From NCBI GenBank assembly GCA_963788655.1, contig CAWBHS010000076.1:1-64000 (forward strand): DNA of 64,000 bases. The letters are read 5' to 3'. Shown in pieces: positions 10,362 to 19,902 of this stretch (position 1 is its first letter; every line of letters starts with the position of its first letter). Origin of the DNA: an uncultured Verrucomicrobiae bacterium (GTDB lineage Bacteria > Verrucomicrobiota > Verrucomicrobiia > Limisphaerales > JAFGQR01). The notes under the pieces were generated by a model that worked only from the letters and a program-made list of their open reading frames with translations, did not search any database and was not told the origin of the DNA. A program made the position numbers and the translations under genes.

Positions 10362-11981
10362 TTAGGGCGTTTCGTTCAGGCGACCAAACTGCCGCAGAAG
10401 CTTGAACGGGATTTGTGCGCTGGCTTGGAGTTGGTTGTCCAGGTTCACTTGAAATGCGACGCTGGTGCCCTGGGCCTCGAGGTGCGACAACTTTTCCTTG
10501 ATCGTCGCCGGCAACATGGGATTGGCCGTAACCGACCGTTGGATCAGGTTGATAAGGTTCACGTAGCCGGCGGCGACCGTCGTTGGCTTGATGGTGGCGG
10601 CCCATGATTGGTTGGCTGCCTTTGGTTCGGTGGTCAACAATTGCTTCATTCGCTCCGGACTGGCCAACAGCAACCGGTCATTCTTGACGGCGTAATCAAA
10701 TTCAATTTTCCCCGCCGGCCACATGCTCTGGAATTGCTCTTGCTGGCCCGGCATGCTGAGCAACGGACTGTTGGTATTGATGGTTATCGATAATCGATCA
10801 ATCGGCACGTTGGCGATGACCGCGGCATTCTCCTTCAGACTGGCGGCGGAATACAGCTTGTTGGTCCCGACCATGCCTTGCATGCCCTGCTGGAAAAACT
10901 TCTTAAATTGCGCATAGACCGCCGCCGCCGAGGAATTGGGGAACCCATAGATGGCGGCAATATCCAGGTGGTCCCGCCAATCAACCGAGGCCGTCAAGTT
11001 CATGGGGAACATGCGCTCGAAGAGCGCTGTCATTTCTTTTGCCGCGGGACCGTTGGTATCGATGTTCTGCATCTGAAAGCTCAACTGCACGAACTTGTTC
11101 ATCAACGCCGTCAGGCTGGGATTCTTGCCCACGTGTCCGGCCACCGAGATCATGGCCTGTGGATCGATCAGGCCCAAATCCTGGGCGGGAATGCTGCCGG
11201 CGGGTTTGCTCAGCCATTGGGCCAGTTCGGTGTCCGGCCGCGCGGTGATCACCTTCTCCACCAGGAGAACGTCCGGTCCCAAATCAACTCCAAGCTGCAA
11301 CTGCTGAAAGCCTTTGAAGAAGGTTTCAAAGACATCAAAGTAGGCGCCCATGATGGCGCGCATGGCCTGCGGATTGCCGCCGGCGGCAAAGGCATTGTTC
11401 GTCGCCATGGCCTGGGTGGCGGACATTTTGACGATGGACAACACCATCAGTCCTTGTTGCCGCAACGACTCATTCAGGCTCACGGTCAGCAGTGCGGAAT
11501 GGCGCGCGGCGGGGATGGCGGCACTCGTCCATTGGTCCAAGGAGGCTTGCGCCGAGTCGGGTAAAGTTCCGGGTGGCCGGAGTGTAATCAGGCCAACACC
11601 ATCGGCCATTTGCTTCCAATCCTGCCCTTGCTTGGCCAGCAGGCCCTGGGGCGCCAAGGCTTCCTTGAACCGCGCAATATCGGTGGTGGGCACTTTGACC
11701 GCGACGAACGGTTGGGAGGCGGCGCCTTCATACCACACGGCCACCTGCCAGGGACGGCTGCCGTCAAATACCGCGTCATTGGTGACTCCCAGACCGGCGT
11801 TCATTTGCTGCACCAAGTTGATGGAGAGCTTGGGGTTCACCGCTTCGGCGACGCGGGTGATGGTCTGTTGCAGGTCGCCATAGCTGCGGACCGTCAAGGT
11901 CGCCAGGGGTTCCGCCAAAGCTTGGGTCGCCGTAACCGCGCAAATAGCGGTGGCCAAAAGGAGATTGCCGCTCAGTTTCAT
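10362..11981 (-). CDS. Secreted hypothetical protein
   Basis: 540-aa ORF with signal peptide MKLSGNLLLATAICAVTATQALA; no family recognised. Confidence 0.75.
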   Translation of the reverse strand: MKLSGNLLLATAICAVTATQALAEPLATLTVRSYGDLQQTITRVAEAVNPKLSINLVQQMNAGLGVTNDAVFDGSRPWQVAVWYEGAASQPFVAVKVPTTDIARFKEALAPQGLLAKQGQDWKQMADGVGLITLRPPGTLPDSAQASLDQWTSAAIPAARHSALLTVSLNESLRQQGLMVLSIVKMSATQAMATNNAFAAGGNPQAMRAIMGAYFDVFETFFKGFQQLQLGVDLGPDVLLVEKVITARPDTELAQWLSKPAGSIPAQDLGLIDPQAMISVAGHVGKNPSLTALMNKFVQLSFQMQNIDTNGPAAKEMTALFERMFPMNLTASVDWRDHLDIAAIYGFPNSSAAAVYAQFKKFFQQGMQGMVGTNKLYSAASLKENAAVIANVPIDRLSITINTNSPLLSMPGQQEQFQSMWPAGKIEFDYAVKNDRLLLASPERMKQLLTTEPKAANQSWAATIKPTTVAAGYVNLINLIQRSVTANPMLPATIKEKLSHLEAQGTSVAFQVNLDNQLQASAQIPFKLLRQFGRLNETP

Positions 11982-12477
11982 TCGATTGCCTTCGTTCACT
12001 ACGTTTTCGAGTTGGTTTCGTGTTGTGGTCAATGTGTGCTATTGGCGACCACGGGCGGAGTATGCGGTCCGCGCTCGGAGCTGACCATTACAAATGCGCG
12101 GGAATCGTGGAAAGCGAGCCATGCGCAGCGCTCGTCCCGGTTTGTTGGGCGGCCACTGCCGGAATTTTTTGATTCTTCCGGTTGCGCTTTGAGAGAAATA
12201 AACTAAGGTTTCCGCACGAATCTGAAACCCTGACAGACGCAATTGAGGGAAATTGGGTGGGCGGACAGCAATGTCCGCCCTTGATTTTTTGGGTAAGCGG
12301 GCGGGGTGAACCTGGACCAAGCCTGTCCAAATCGAAGCATCAAGGAAGTCTTCATCTCGGAACAAACGTTCCGCCCTGTCCGGTTTTGCACCGTCACCGC
12401 TACGGGAGGAAGCTTGCTTTCCGTCGTGTTTTCAGGTGTGTTGGGTCAACGACAGTTAATGTGAGCGTTGATCGATT

Positions 12478-13167
12478 ATGACGGAACTGAGTTTCATTGA
12501 TTTTAAATGTCCCCATTGCGGCGAGACAACTTCCTTCCCGGACGATTACGCGGGCATTGCCCAGGAATGTCCCAATTGCAGCGAGACGGTGATCGTGCCC
12601 GCGGACGGTAGCGAAGTGGGCGGCAAATTGCCGGTGCCGTTCAAGACGCAACGGTTGGTGCTCCGCCGGCTCACCACGCTGGATTGGCGGGATCTGCTGG
12701 AATGCCTGTCCCCCGAAGAGATGTATCGGTATCTCGAAGGCCAGCCGCTGGACGAGGAACAAATCATTCACTGGCTGGAGAGCGATACCCATGTCAAGCT
12801 GACCACGCCAAACCAACCGTTCTATCTTGGCCTCGAATTGCCGGAAGGCCCCAAGCTGATTGGCTACGTGTCACTGCGGCTTTCCGATCAACACCATCTC
12901 CTGGGCTCGCTCAACTTCTTCGTCAACCAGGAGTATCAGCGCAAAGGCTTCGCCAGCGAGGCGTTGCAGGCCATGTTGATTTTTTGCTTCCGGGGAATTG
13001 GCCTGCACCGGGTGACGGCTTATTGCGACGGCCGGCACACCGCGGCGTGTCGCTTGCTCGAGAAGGCCGGCATGCGCCGCGAAGGTGAGTTCCGCAAAGA
13101 CCGCTTCGTAAATGGCGAGTGGGTGAACACCGTGTGGTATGGGATGTTGAAAGAGGAGTTCGCGTGA
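12478..13167 (+). CDS. RimJ/RimL-type GNAT N-acetyltransferase with N-terminal zinc ribbon
   Basis: CPHC..CPNC, then TQRLVLRR, YQRKGFASEAL, LHRVTAYC, LLEKAGMRREG. Confidence 0.88.
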   Translation: MTELSFIDFKCPHCGETTSFPDDYAGIAQECPNCSETVIVPADGSEVGGKLPVPFKTQRLVLRRLTTLDWRDLLECLSPEEMYRYLEGQPLDEEQIIHWLESDTHVKLTTPNQPFYLGLELPEGPKLIGYVSLRLSDQHHLLGSLNFFVNQEYQRKGFASEALQAMLIFCFRGIGLHRVTAYCDGRHTAACRLLEKAGMRREGEFRKDRFVNGEWVNTVWYGMLKEEFA

Positions 13168-13187
13168 GAGGTAAGTGAGTGGACTGA

Positions 13188-13225
13188 GGATGCCGGATGC
13201 TGGATACCAGATGCCGGATGCTGGA
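13188..13225 (+). repeat. Short GGATGCY heptamer array (about 5 units)
   Basis: ggatgccggatgctggataccagatgccggatgctgga, 20 nt after the GNAT stop codon. Confidence 0.8.
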
Positions 13226-13357
13226 ACGGGGTCGGGATGAATTCGAGCCCTATGGAGTGCGGTGACAGAGCGCACTCCGTTATGCAGCGATTAGCCATAG
13301 TCCCCCGCCGGTACCGGTGGACAGGAGGTGCGTCTTCATGGTGTAATGGACCGAATC

Positions 13358-14836
13358 ATGAAACAGCCGCTTTGGTTTTTGGTGCTCGGGTATCGGGTGC
13401 TGGTCAATCCGCTACTGGCCGCGGTTGAGTCGCCGGTGCTCTCCTGCCCTCGCGACGAAGTGTATGCCGGCGAACGGGTGGTGGTTCACGGCAAAGCGGC
13501 ACATGAAATCGTCATTCCCCAAGCCGTAAATCCCGGCCAGCGGATTTGGATCGAACGGGAAGGCGCCTGGATTGACTTCACGGTCGTTCCGTTGGCCCGG
13601 ACGGATATTTCACTGGACGGAAAGGACTTGGTGATTCGCCTGACCAGCAATCTGCCGAAGGAAACCGAGTTTACGGTGGCGGCTCATGGTGAGGAACAGA
13701 CGTTGCGTCTGGCGCCCGGGCAGCCAACCGTGGCCCGATTTGATTTGGGCGTGCCGCAGCACGAATCCGCTGAGGTGCTCACGGTGCGGGTCCGCACAGG
13801 CGAAGCGTCCATGCAATTGGAGCGAGCGTTGCGGGCCGTCCGTGAAATCCTTCCGTTGGCGACGTTGTCGGCGCCGGCCAGCCGCGGGGTGTGCCTGCGT
13901 GGGGGCGAAGAACGCGCGGAGTTGGGCTCGACGGCGGCCATCGTTGAACCCCGGCGCACCAGCTCCGGCAACGTCGCTCGCTACGGACTGTTCATGCACC
14001 CACCCTATCGCGGCGGGGTGGGGTATGCCTTTGCCCGCTACGCACCGATCCAACTTCCCACGGACTCGCCCGCCGCATTTCGCGCCTGGGTCGGCAAAGG
14101 CGATGGCAGCGATCCCGGCGACGGAATTCTGTACCGCGTGGTCGTGGAGGAGCCAACCGGAACGAACACTGTGGTTGCGCGGGCAATGGTTACCCGGCAC
14201 GAATGGCAGCCGCTCGAGGCCGACTTGACGCGTTGGGCCGGGCAACAAGTCGCTTTGAAACTGGTGGCCGATGTCGGCCCGCGAGACAATTCGACCGGCG
14301 ACTGGGGTTGCTGGGCCGACCTGCGGGTGGAGTCGCGCCAACTCCGGTTGCACTGGGATTTGTCGGCGGACGTGGAACCGGTTCGCCGTGCGCCCGGGCC
14401 GCATGCCATTGCCGGATTGACCCTCGACGCGCTCCGCCACGCCCGAGCGGGACGATTGTGTTACGAAGGCAAGGGCCTGTCCGGCACCGGAAGTCGATTT
14501 GGTTCATTCGCCGTGTTGAATGGTGTCGAGTTGGGTTCCCTGGCTCCCGCCAGCGGCGATGAAGCGCGCGGTGTGTTTTCCAAAGAGGTAAGTGTCCCGC
14601 TCAACGCACAAGCCATTCGATCTTTGGATTGGCGCAACCGGTTCGCATTGCGAAATCCCAACGCTGATTGTTTCAGCGTGCGTCGATTCCGACTCGAATT
14701 GGTATTGGCGGACGGACGCCAATGTTCCTCCGCGATTTCGACCGCCACGTTGACGCAACCGTCGGGTTGGGCTTATGCGGAAGGGATTGGCGTTCCGCCC
14801 GACCGGGAAATTGCCGTGGACATTTGGTTCGAATGA
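13358..14836 (+). CDS. Putative secreted protein with a jelly-roll (NPCBM-like) module
   Basis: Signal-like N-terminus; GLFMHPP..., DGSDPGDGILYRV, LEADLTRWAGQQVALKL..D.GP.DNSTGDWGCW resembles a beta-sandwich carbohydrate-binding module. Confidence 0.6.
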   Translation: MKQPLWFLVLGYRVLVNPLLAAVESPVLSCPRDEVYAGERVVVHGKAAHEIVIPQAVNPGQRIWIEREGAWIDFTVVPLARTDISLDGKDLVIRLTSNLPKETEFTVAAHGEEQTLRLAPGQPTVARFDLGVPQHESAEVLTVRVRTGEASMQLERALRAVREILPLATLSAPASRGVCLRGGEERAELGSTAAIVEPRRTSSGNVARYGLFMHPPYRGGVGYAFARYAPIQLPTDSPAAFRAWVGKGDGSDPGDGILYRVVVEEPTGTNTVVARAMVTRHEWQPLEADLTRWAGQQVALKLVADVGPRDNSTGDWGCWADLRVESRQLRLHWDLSADVEPVRRAPGPHAIAGLTLDALRHARAGRLCYEGKGLSGTGSRFGSFAVLNGVELGSLAPASGDEARGVFSKEVSVPLNAQAIRSLDWRNRFALRNPNADCFSVRRFRLELVLADGRQCSSAISTATLTQPSGWAYAEGIGVPPDREIAVDIWFE

Positions 14837-14954
14837 AGAGTTGAAGCGATGCGAGGAGGCCAGGGCTCGACGGAGTCTCGCTCAATCCGCGGTGCTTGGA
14901 ACGTTGGCGGCAACGGCAGCCAAGGCCGGGTCCATTGTGAATCCGGATCAACGC

Positions 14955-15245
14955 CTACACGTGGCGTAAGATCAGCGCCAAAATGGACAGCCCCAGCATC
15001 AGCCCGCTGGGCATGAATTTTTTGGTTTTCGCGAGACGGATGCCAAACACCACGACGAGCAGGATCAAAATGATGTCCGGCAAGTACGGCCAGACGATCA
15101 CCCCGGTGGCACAGAGCAAAAGCACCCCGGCGAAGACGGTGGAGGTGATCAGCGATACTTTGCTGTTGGCCTTGAAATAACCCATCAAACCGCCGGCCAG
15201 CAACAGCGCGATGTAAACCCAGAGCACGATTTCAGACATCATCAT
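14955..15245 (-). CDS. TMEM14/FAX-family small membrane protein
   Basis: YIALLLAGGLMGYFKANSKVSL ... RLAKTKKFMPSGL. Confidence 0.85.
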   Translation of the reverse strand: MMMSEIVLWVYIALLLAGGLMGYFKANSKVSLITSTVFAGVLLLCATGVIVWPYLPDIILILLVVVFGIRLAKTKKFMPSGLMLGLSILALILRHV

Positions 15246-15340
15246 AACGGGCCGAACCTACTGGGCTTGGGCGGGAAAGGACACCACGATTTTGCGGAAA
15301 ATGGCGAGTCCCGAATGTCCGCATCGCTCAGCACTTGGGG

Positions 15341-15520
15341 TTATCCCGGATCAACGTTCAGACTGACAAGGTCGCCCCCTTCGCACTCGGCGGTCACTTG
15401 GAGCGGGCGGCAACAGATCTCGCAGTCCGCTACGAACCGCTGGGATGAGATGGTGGCGTCGATCATCAGTTCAAACTCCTGGCCGCAGAACGGACATTGT
15501 ATGGTTACGGTTTCGTCCAT
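15341..15520 (-). CDS. CPXCG-motif cysteine-rich small protein
   Basis: 59 aa: IQCPFCGQ...QRFVADCEICCRP. Confidence 0.85.
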   Translation of the reverse strand: MDETVTIQCPFCGQEFELMIDATISSQRFVADCEICCRPLQVTAECEGGDLVSLNVDPG

Positions 15521-15631
15521 AAACGATGGGCTCAGCCAACGCTCGCTTCCCGACTTTGGCAAGCGGATCGTTCGCCGGGCATTGCTCGTTTTATCGTGGC
15601 CACGCGGTGGAAAAGCGATTAGACCTTGGAC

Positions 15632-16381
15632 ATGGCAGAATTTGAAAATCCAACTCCGCCACCCGTGCCGACCAGCGCGCACTGGGCCCGGACCATCCTC
15701 TGGGTGAGCCTCACGCTCATTCTGGTGGGGGGAGCGGTGTGGAGTTTCAAATCCTGTGTGGACGCTCCGGCAAACGTCATCAAAGCAACCAGCAATGTCC
15801 TGGCTACGGTGGCCGCCGCGTTCAACCGTGGTTCAGTGAGTAACTCCTTTTACAGCTACGCCACCCGGATCACCAACAACCTGCACCTCCAGATCGCCAC
15901 GCTGGATCAAATGGAGGTCTTCACCCGCCAGGAAGTGCCCGTCACCGCGTTCGGATACATCCCGTTGCCGGACGTGGTGGTCGAAGCCCGGGCGCCGGTG
16001 GAATACACGTATTACCTTGATCTGAACGAGCACTGGCGGTTTGTGCTGCGCGACAATCAGGTCCAGGTGTTCGCGCCGCGGATTCGGTTCAACAAGCCGG
16101 CTGTGGATGCTTCGCAAATTTCCTATGAAGTGAAGAAGGGCGTTCTGAAGACGGATCAGGCGCTGGATCACCTGAAGCAGTCCATTAGTTCGCTGGTGAT
16201 ATTGCACGCGCGCGACAACCTTTCCCTCGTGCGCGAAAATGCCCGCAAACAAACCGTGGAGTTTGTCCGTAATTGGCTGATGCGGGCGTTTACCGATGGC
16301 CAGGAGTATCCCGTGGCGGTCCGTTTCGCCGATGAAACGTCTCCGCCCAATGAGCGAGCCGAAGTGCCACGCTTGCCATAA
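15632..16381 (+). CDS. Membrane-anchored protein, DUF4230-like
   Basis: One N-terminal TM helix, then VEARAPVEYTYYLDL...VFAPRI...ENARKQTVEFVRNWL. Confidence 0.6.
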   Translation: MAEFENPTPPPVPTSAHWARTILWVSLTLILVGGAVWSFKSCVDAPANVIKATSNVLATVAAAFNRGSVSNSFYSYATRITNNLHLQIATLDQMEVFTRQEVPVTAFGYIPLPDVVVEARAPVEYTYYLDLNEHWRFVLRDNQVQVFAPRIRFNKPAVDASQISYEVKKGVLKTDQALDHLKQSISSLVILHARDNLSLVRENARKQTVEFVRNWLMRAFTDGQEYPVAVRFADETSPPNERAEVPRLP

Positions 16382-16615
16382 TGCGGCGGCAATGGGCTGC
16401 CGGATTCCCGCCCGCAGGCGTTTACCGGCCGCAAATTGCCAGTAGCCTCCGAAAGTCGCGAAGTGTCTGGAGTGTCCGAACCCTTTACGGTAGGAATCCT
16501 GGCCAGGGCTCGTGGCTGATCCCAAGCGCGTGCCTTCTTCCTGGGAGGAATCCCGGGCAACATTTTCCCCAAAACCAACTTGCCAACTGCAAGAAATTGC
16601 AGACCATTCCTGCTA

Positions 16616-19549
16616 ATGAATATAATTAAGTTGTGTCGTGACTTTGCTCTTGGGGCGTCGCCAAGCCGGGTTCTGACCGTGGTCGGTGCCTTGGTGTTGT
16701 TTGGCTTCGCCGCGCGCCCCCACGCAGCCACTGCCGTGGGCGTTACAGAGTATGTCGCAGGCATTGATTTGCTTGACGCCGGCGCATACGGAGGAGCCGT
16801 GAAGGCGCTGGACCGGTCCATCGCCGCGGATGAGCAGAACTCGCTTTATTTCCGAACGCGCGGCGTGGCGTACACGTTGTCGCAGAATTTTCCCAAGGCC
16901 CTGGCCGATTATCGCCGGGCGCTACAACTCAATCCGCGCGACCGTGAGGCACAACTTTGGATGGGCGCGACCCACACCATGAACGGTGAGCCGTCCAAGG
17001 GACGGTTCATTTATGGCGGCGACGTGGATGTCCACTATGCCGAGATTGTTTACAACCAGATGGCCAATCAATACTGGGAGTCCGTGACGCACGGCACGTA
17101 CTGGGACGTCAACACCAACCAGCGGATGAAAGCCAACGGGCCGGTCACGAACTTGTTTTCCAGAGTGGCGAAAATGTATGCCCAGCGTCATCGGCCGGCG
17201 GGCATGGCGTCCACGGCAGTGATCCAACCGCGCATCCAACGGGCGATCGCCGCGGGTGACTGGAAGGCGGCCGCGCGCGATTTAACGAACCTCCGCCAGG
17301 TCGCGCCCGACGACCCGGACCTGCGCGCCCAATGGGCAACCGTGCTGCTGCGTCTCAACAATGCTCTCGGCGCGCGCGAGGAATTCACGCGCGTGCTCAG
17401 CCAGCGGCCGCGCTGGGCGGAAGGCTACGCCGGTCGGGCCGAAGCGGCCGCCATCCTGGGCGATGCACGGCGTGCCCGTGCGGATCTGGCCGTGGCTGAG
17501 TCGTTAAACGCGGCGGGGGCGAAAGGGCTCGAGGCCCAGGTGCAAAAACTCTTGGGCGAACCCGCGCCCGCCGATGCGGTGGATCAATTTGTGAAAGCGA
17601 TCGCCGCCAATGCCGTCTGGCCGAAACTGGTTGAGGCGGCTTTTCAGACCCATCGCTATTCCCAGGCGCGGCGGGATCGCTACGACGAACAGTACCAGGA
17701 TCGTATCCGCCTGCTGGACCTGGCGGTGCAGCGCGAGCCCAAAGCGCCGGACGCGTATGAACGGCACGCACGATTCCTGTTGCGCCATCACCAAGTGCCC
17801 ACGCTGTGGAACGGCGTGCGCGGCGAACCCGCGCCAGTCCGGCCGCAAAGCAAGGTGGACCGCACGCGCGAACTCGACACCGCCCTGAGCCTTACCGCCA
17901 AGGCGTTGCAACTGGATCCGCGGCACGTTAACGCCATGGCCACGCGCGCCTGGATTTTTAACACCGTGGGCCGGAAACAGGAGGCGGAAAAATTGGTGAA
18001 CAGCGGCCTGGCCTTTGAACAACGCAGCATTCCGCTGCAACGGCTGAAGGCGACGTTGTTGCGCGAACATGCCGCCGCTTTGGAAACGCGGGCGGCGGCG
18101 CTGCGGGCGGGACATACGACGACTCGGGAAGAGCGGCGATCGGACGGCATCTATGAGGTGCGAACTCATTACCCGCCCACCGCTGCGGAATTGGCGGAAG
18201 CCAGGGCCGCCGAAGCCCAGGCCAAACGACTGCGCGCCATGGCGGCCGCCGCGGACGCGGTGGCCACCGAAACCGAACAGAAGGTGATTCCGGACTTGCT
18301 GCAGCAGATTGACGCGGCAACCGGGGCAAAGGCCCTGGCGCTCTGCCAAAAACTGCTGACATATCAGCCGGACCTTAAGGCAGGGTTGGCACGGATGGCG
18401 CGGATATATGATCAGATGGGTGACAAGGAGAACCATCTGCTGTTTGCCACCCTGGGCCAACCCATCCGCCACACCAGCGCGAACGAGTCCCTACAGGCAG
18501 CTTGGAATGCCTGTTACCATACCGCCTGGCGCGATGCCGACAGCGCCTTGACCAAAGCCCAGGCCGCCGATCCGATTGATGCCCGGATCTTGGCCTATCG
18601 CAGCGTGGTGGCCGACGGGCGCTCCGATCCCACGCTCGCCGGTCAGTGCCGGCGCGGCGCGCTGGCCTTGGAAGAAGCCCGCGCCCGGTTGATGGGGACC
18701 AGCTTCCTGCCGCCGGCGCCAGCAGCATTGAAGCCCGCTGAAATTGGATTGTTCATGATTGTGGCGTCGGACCAAGGTGAAGCCTTGCGCGCGGCGGGCA
18801 ATCACCGGGCGGCCATTGTCGCTTTCGAACAGATGCTGGCGGCCCAACCGCGGGTTGCGGAACTGGCGATTTATCCGCCGCTGCCGGAGGCGATGCTGCC
18901 GCATCCGGCGACGGACACGACCCGTATTCCCGAGGCCCCCACCCTGGCCGCAATGTTTGCCAACGCGCATCTCGGTTTGGCGCGGAGCGCCTTGGAAACG
19001 GGCGACTTTGATTCGGCACAAAGGCACTTCATGGCCATCCAACAATTGGAAAATGCGTGGCCGGCCACGATGGATGGCCGGCAATCGCTCTACGTGCCCA
19101 AGGCTTGGTCCATCATTGGCATCGCGGACGCGCAGTTCCGGGCGGGCCGTCTGGACATGGCGCAGGGGGGATTGAGCTTCGAAGGGGACCGCAAGAGGCT
19201 GCCGCCGGAACTGTACGCCTACCGCGACGACCTGCGCCAAAAAGTAGCAAAAGCTCGTCGGGACCAGCAGGAGGCGGAACTGCGCGCACCGTTGCAGGGG
19301 GTGGATCTGAGTCGGATGCGCCAGGGCGTGGAGCGCGACCTGGCCCAGTTGAAGGCTCAGCGGCAACAGTACCTTGAAGCGGCCAACCGTCCCGGCCTCA
19401 GTGCGCAGGAGCGCGAGATGTGGAAGCGACAAGTGGAGTCCATCGAGCGCGTGATTGCCCAGCGCGAACGGAACATGCGGATTCTTAGCGGCGAGCAGCC
19501 GTTCGTCCCGGACGTCCCGCCCCCAAGCCGCGGTAATCGCCCGCCCTGA
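16616..19549 (+). CDS. Large secreted tetratricopeptide-repeat protein
   Basis: Signal peptide; multiple TPR-like units (RGVAYTLSQNFPKALADYRRALQLNP, ALQLDPRHVNA); helical/coiled-coil C-terminus. Confidence 0.8.
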   Translation: MNIIKLCRDFALGASPSRVLTVVGALVLFGFAARPHAATAVGVTEYVAGIDLLDAGAYGGAVKALDRSIAADEQNSLYFRTRGVAYTLSQNFPKALADYRRALQLNPRDREAQLWMGATHTMNGEPSKGRFIYGGDVDVHYAEIVYNQMANQYWESVTHGTYWDVNTNQRMKANGPVTNLFSRVAKMYAQRHRPAGMASTAVIQPRIQRAIAAGDWKAAARDLTNLRQVAPDDPDLRAQWATVLLRLNNALGAREEFTRVLSQRPRWAEGYAGRAEAAAILGDARRARADLAVAESLNAAGAKGLEAQVQKLLGEPAPADAVDQFVKAIAANAVWPKLVEAAFQTHRYSQARRDRYDEQYQDRIRLLDLAVQREPKAPDAYERHARFLLRHHQVPTLWNGVRGEPAPVRPQSKVDRTRELDTALSLTAKALQLDPRHVNAMATRAWIFNTVGRKQEAEKLVNSGLAFEQRSIPLQRLKATLLREHAAALETRAAALRAGHTTTREERRSDGIYEVRTHYPPTAAELAEARAAEAQAKRLRAMAAAADAVATETEQKVIPDLLQQIDAATGAKALALCQKLLTYQPDLKAGLARMARIYDQMGDKENHLLFATLGQPIRHTSANESLQAAWNACYHTAWRDADSALTKAQAADPIDARILAYRSVVADGRSDPTLAGQCRRGALALEEARARLMGTSFLPPAPAALKPAEIGLFMIVASDQGEALRAAGNHRAAIVAFEQMLAAQPRVAELAIYPPLPEAMLPHPATDTTRIPEAPTLAAMFANAHLGLARSALETGDFDSAQRHFMAIQQLENAWPATMDGRQSLYVPKAWSIIGIADAQFRAGRLDMAQGGLSFEGDRKRLPPELYAYRDDLRQKVAKARRDQQEAELRAPLQGVDLSRMRQGVERDLAQLKAQRQQYLEAANRPGLSAQEREMWKRQVESIERVIAQRERNMRILSGEQPFVPDVPPPSRGNRPP

Positions 19550-19638
19550 TGGAGCACACGGTTCCCTGGCGCGTGGCCATCACTTTGGCGTTCGAGCAAC
19601 GACAGTGGTTCAAGCGATCGGTGGTGCGTCTTACGTGT

Positions 19639-19839
19639 CTATCGCTGTCTGGCTGCTGGCTTGGCTTTCGTTGCCTTGGGCATCTTCCTCGACGGCTTTG
19701 GAGCAGTCCTGGCGGCGCGCCGACGGGAGGTTGTCTTGATAACCGATTCATAGTGCGTGATGAACGCCTGAGCGGGGGCGCGGCGGATCGCTTCGCCGAG
19801 CGCATCCAGCGCGAGGTCGTCGAGGTTGCGGAAGCGAAC
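19639..19839 (-). pseudogene. C-terminal remnant of a DUF1801 (YdhG-like) protein
   Basis: Own translation VRFRNLDDLALDALGEAIRRAPAQAFITHYE..., Lys/Ala-rich tail, TAG; an in-frame TGA lies just upstream and there is no start codon. Confidence 0.55.
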
Positions 19840-19902
19840 GCTTCAACCGTGAGCCAGCCACCCTGATCCGGGTGTCCAACCTGCTGCCGACGCGCCAATA
19901 GT

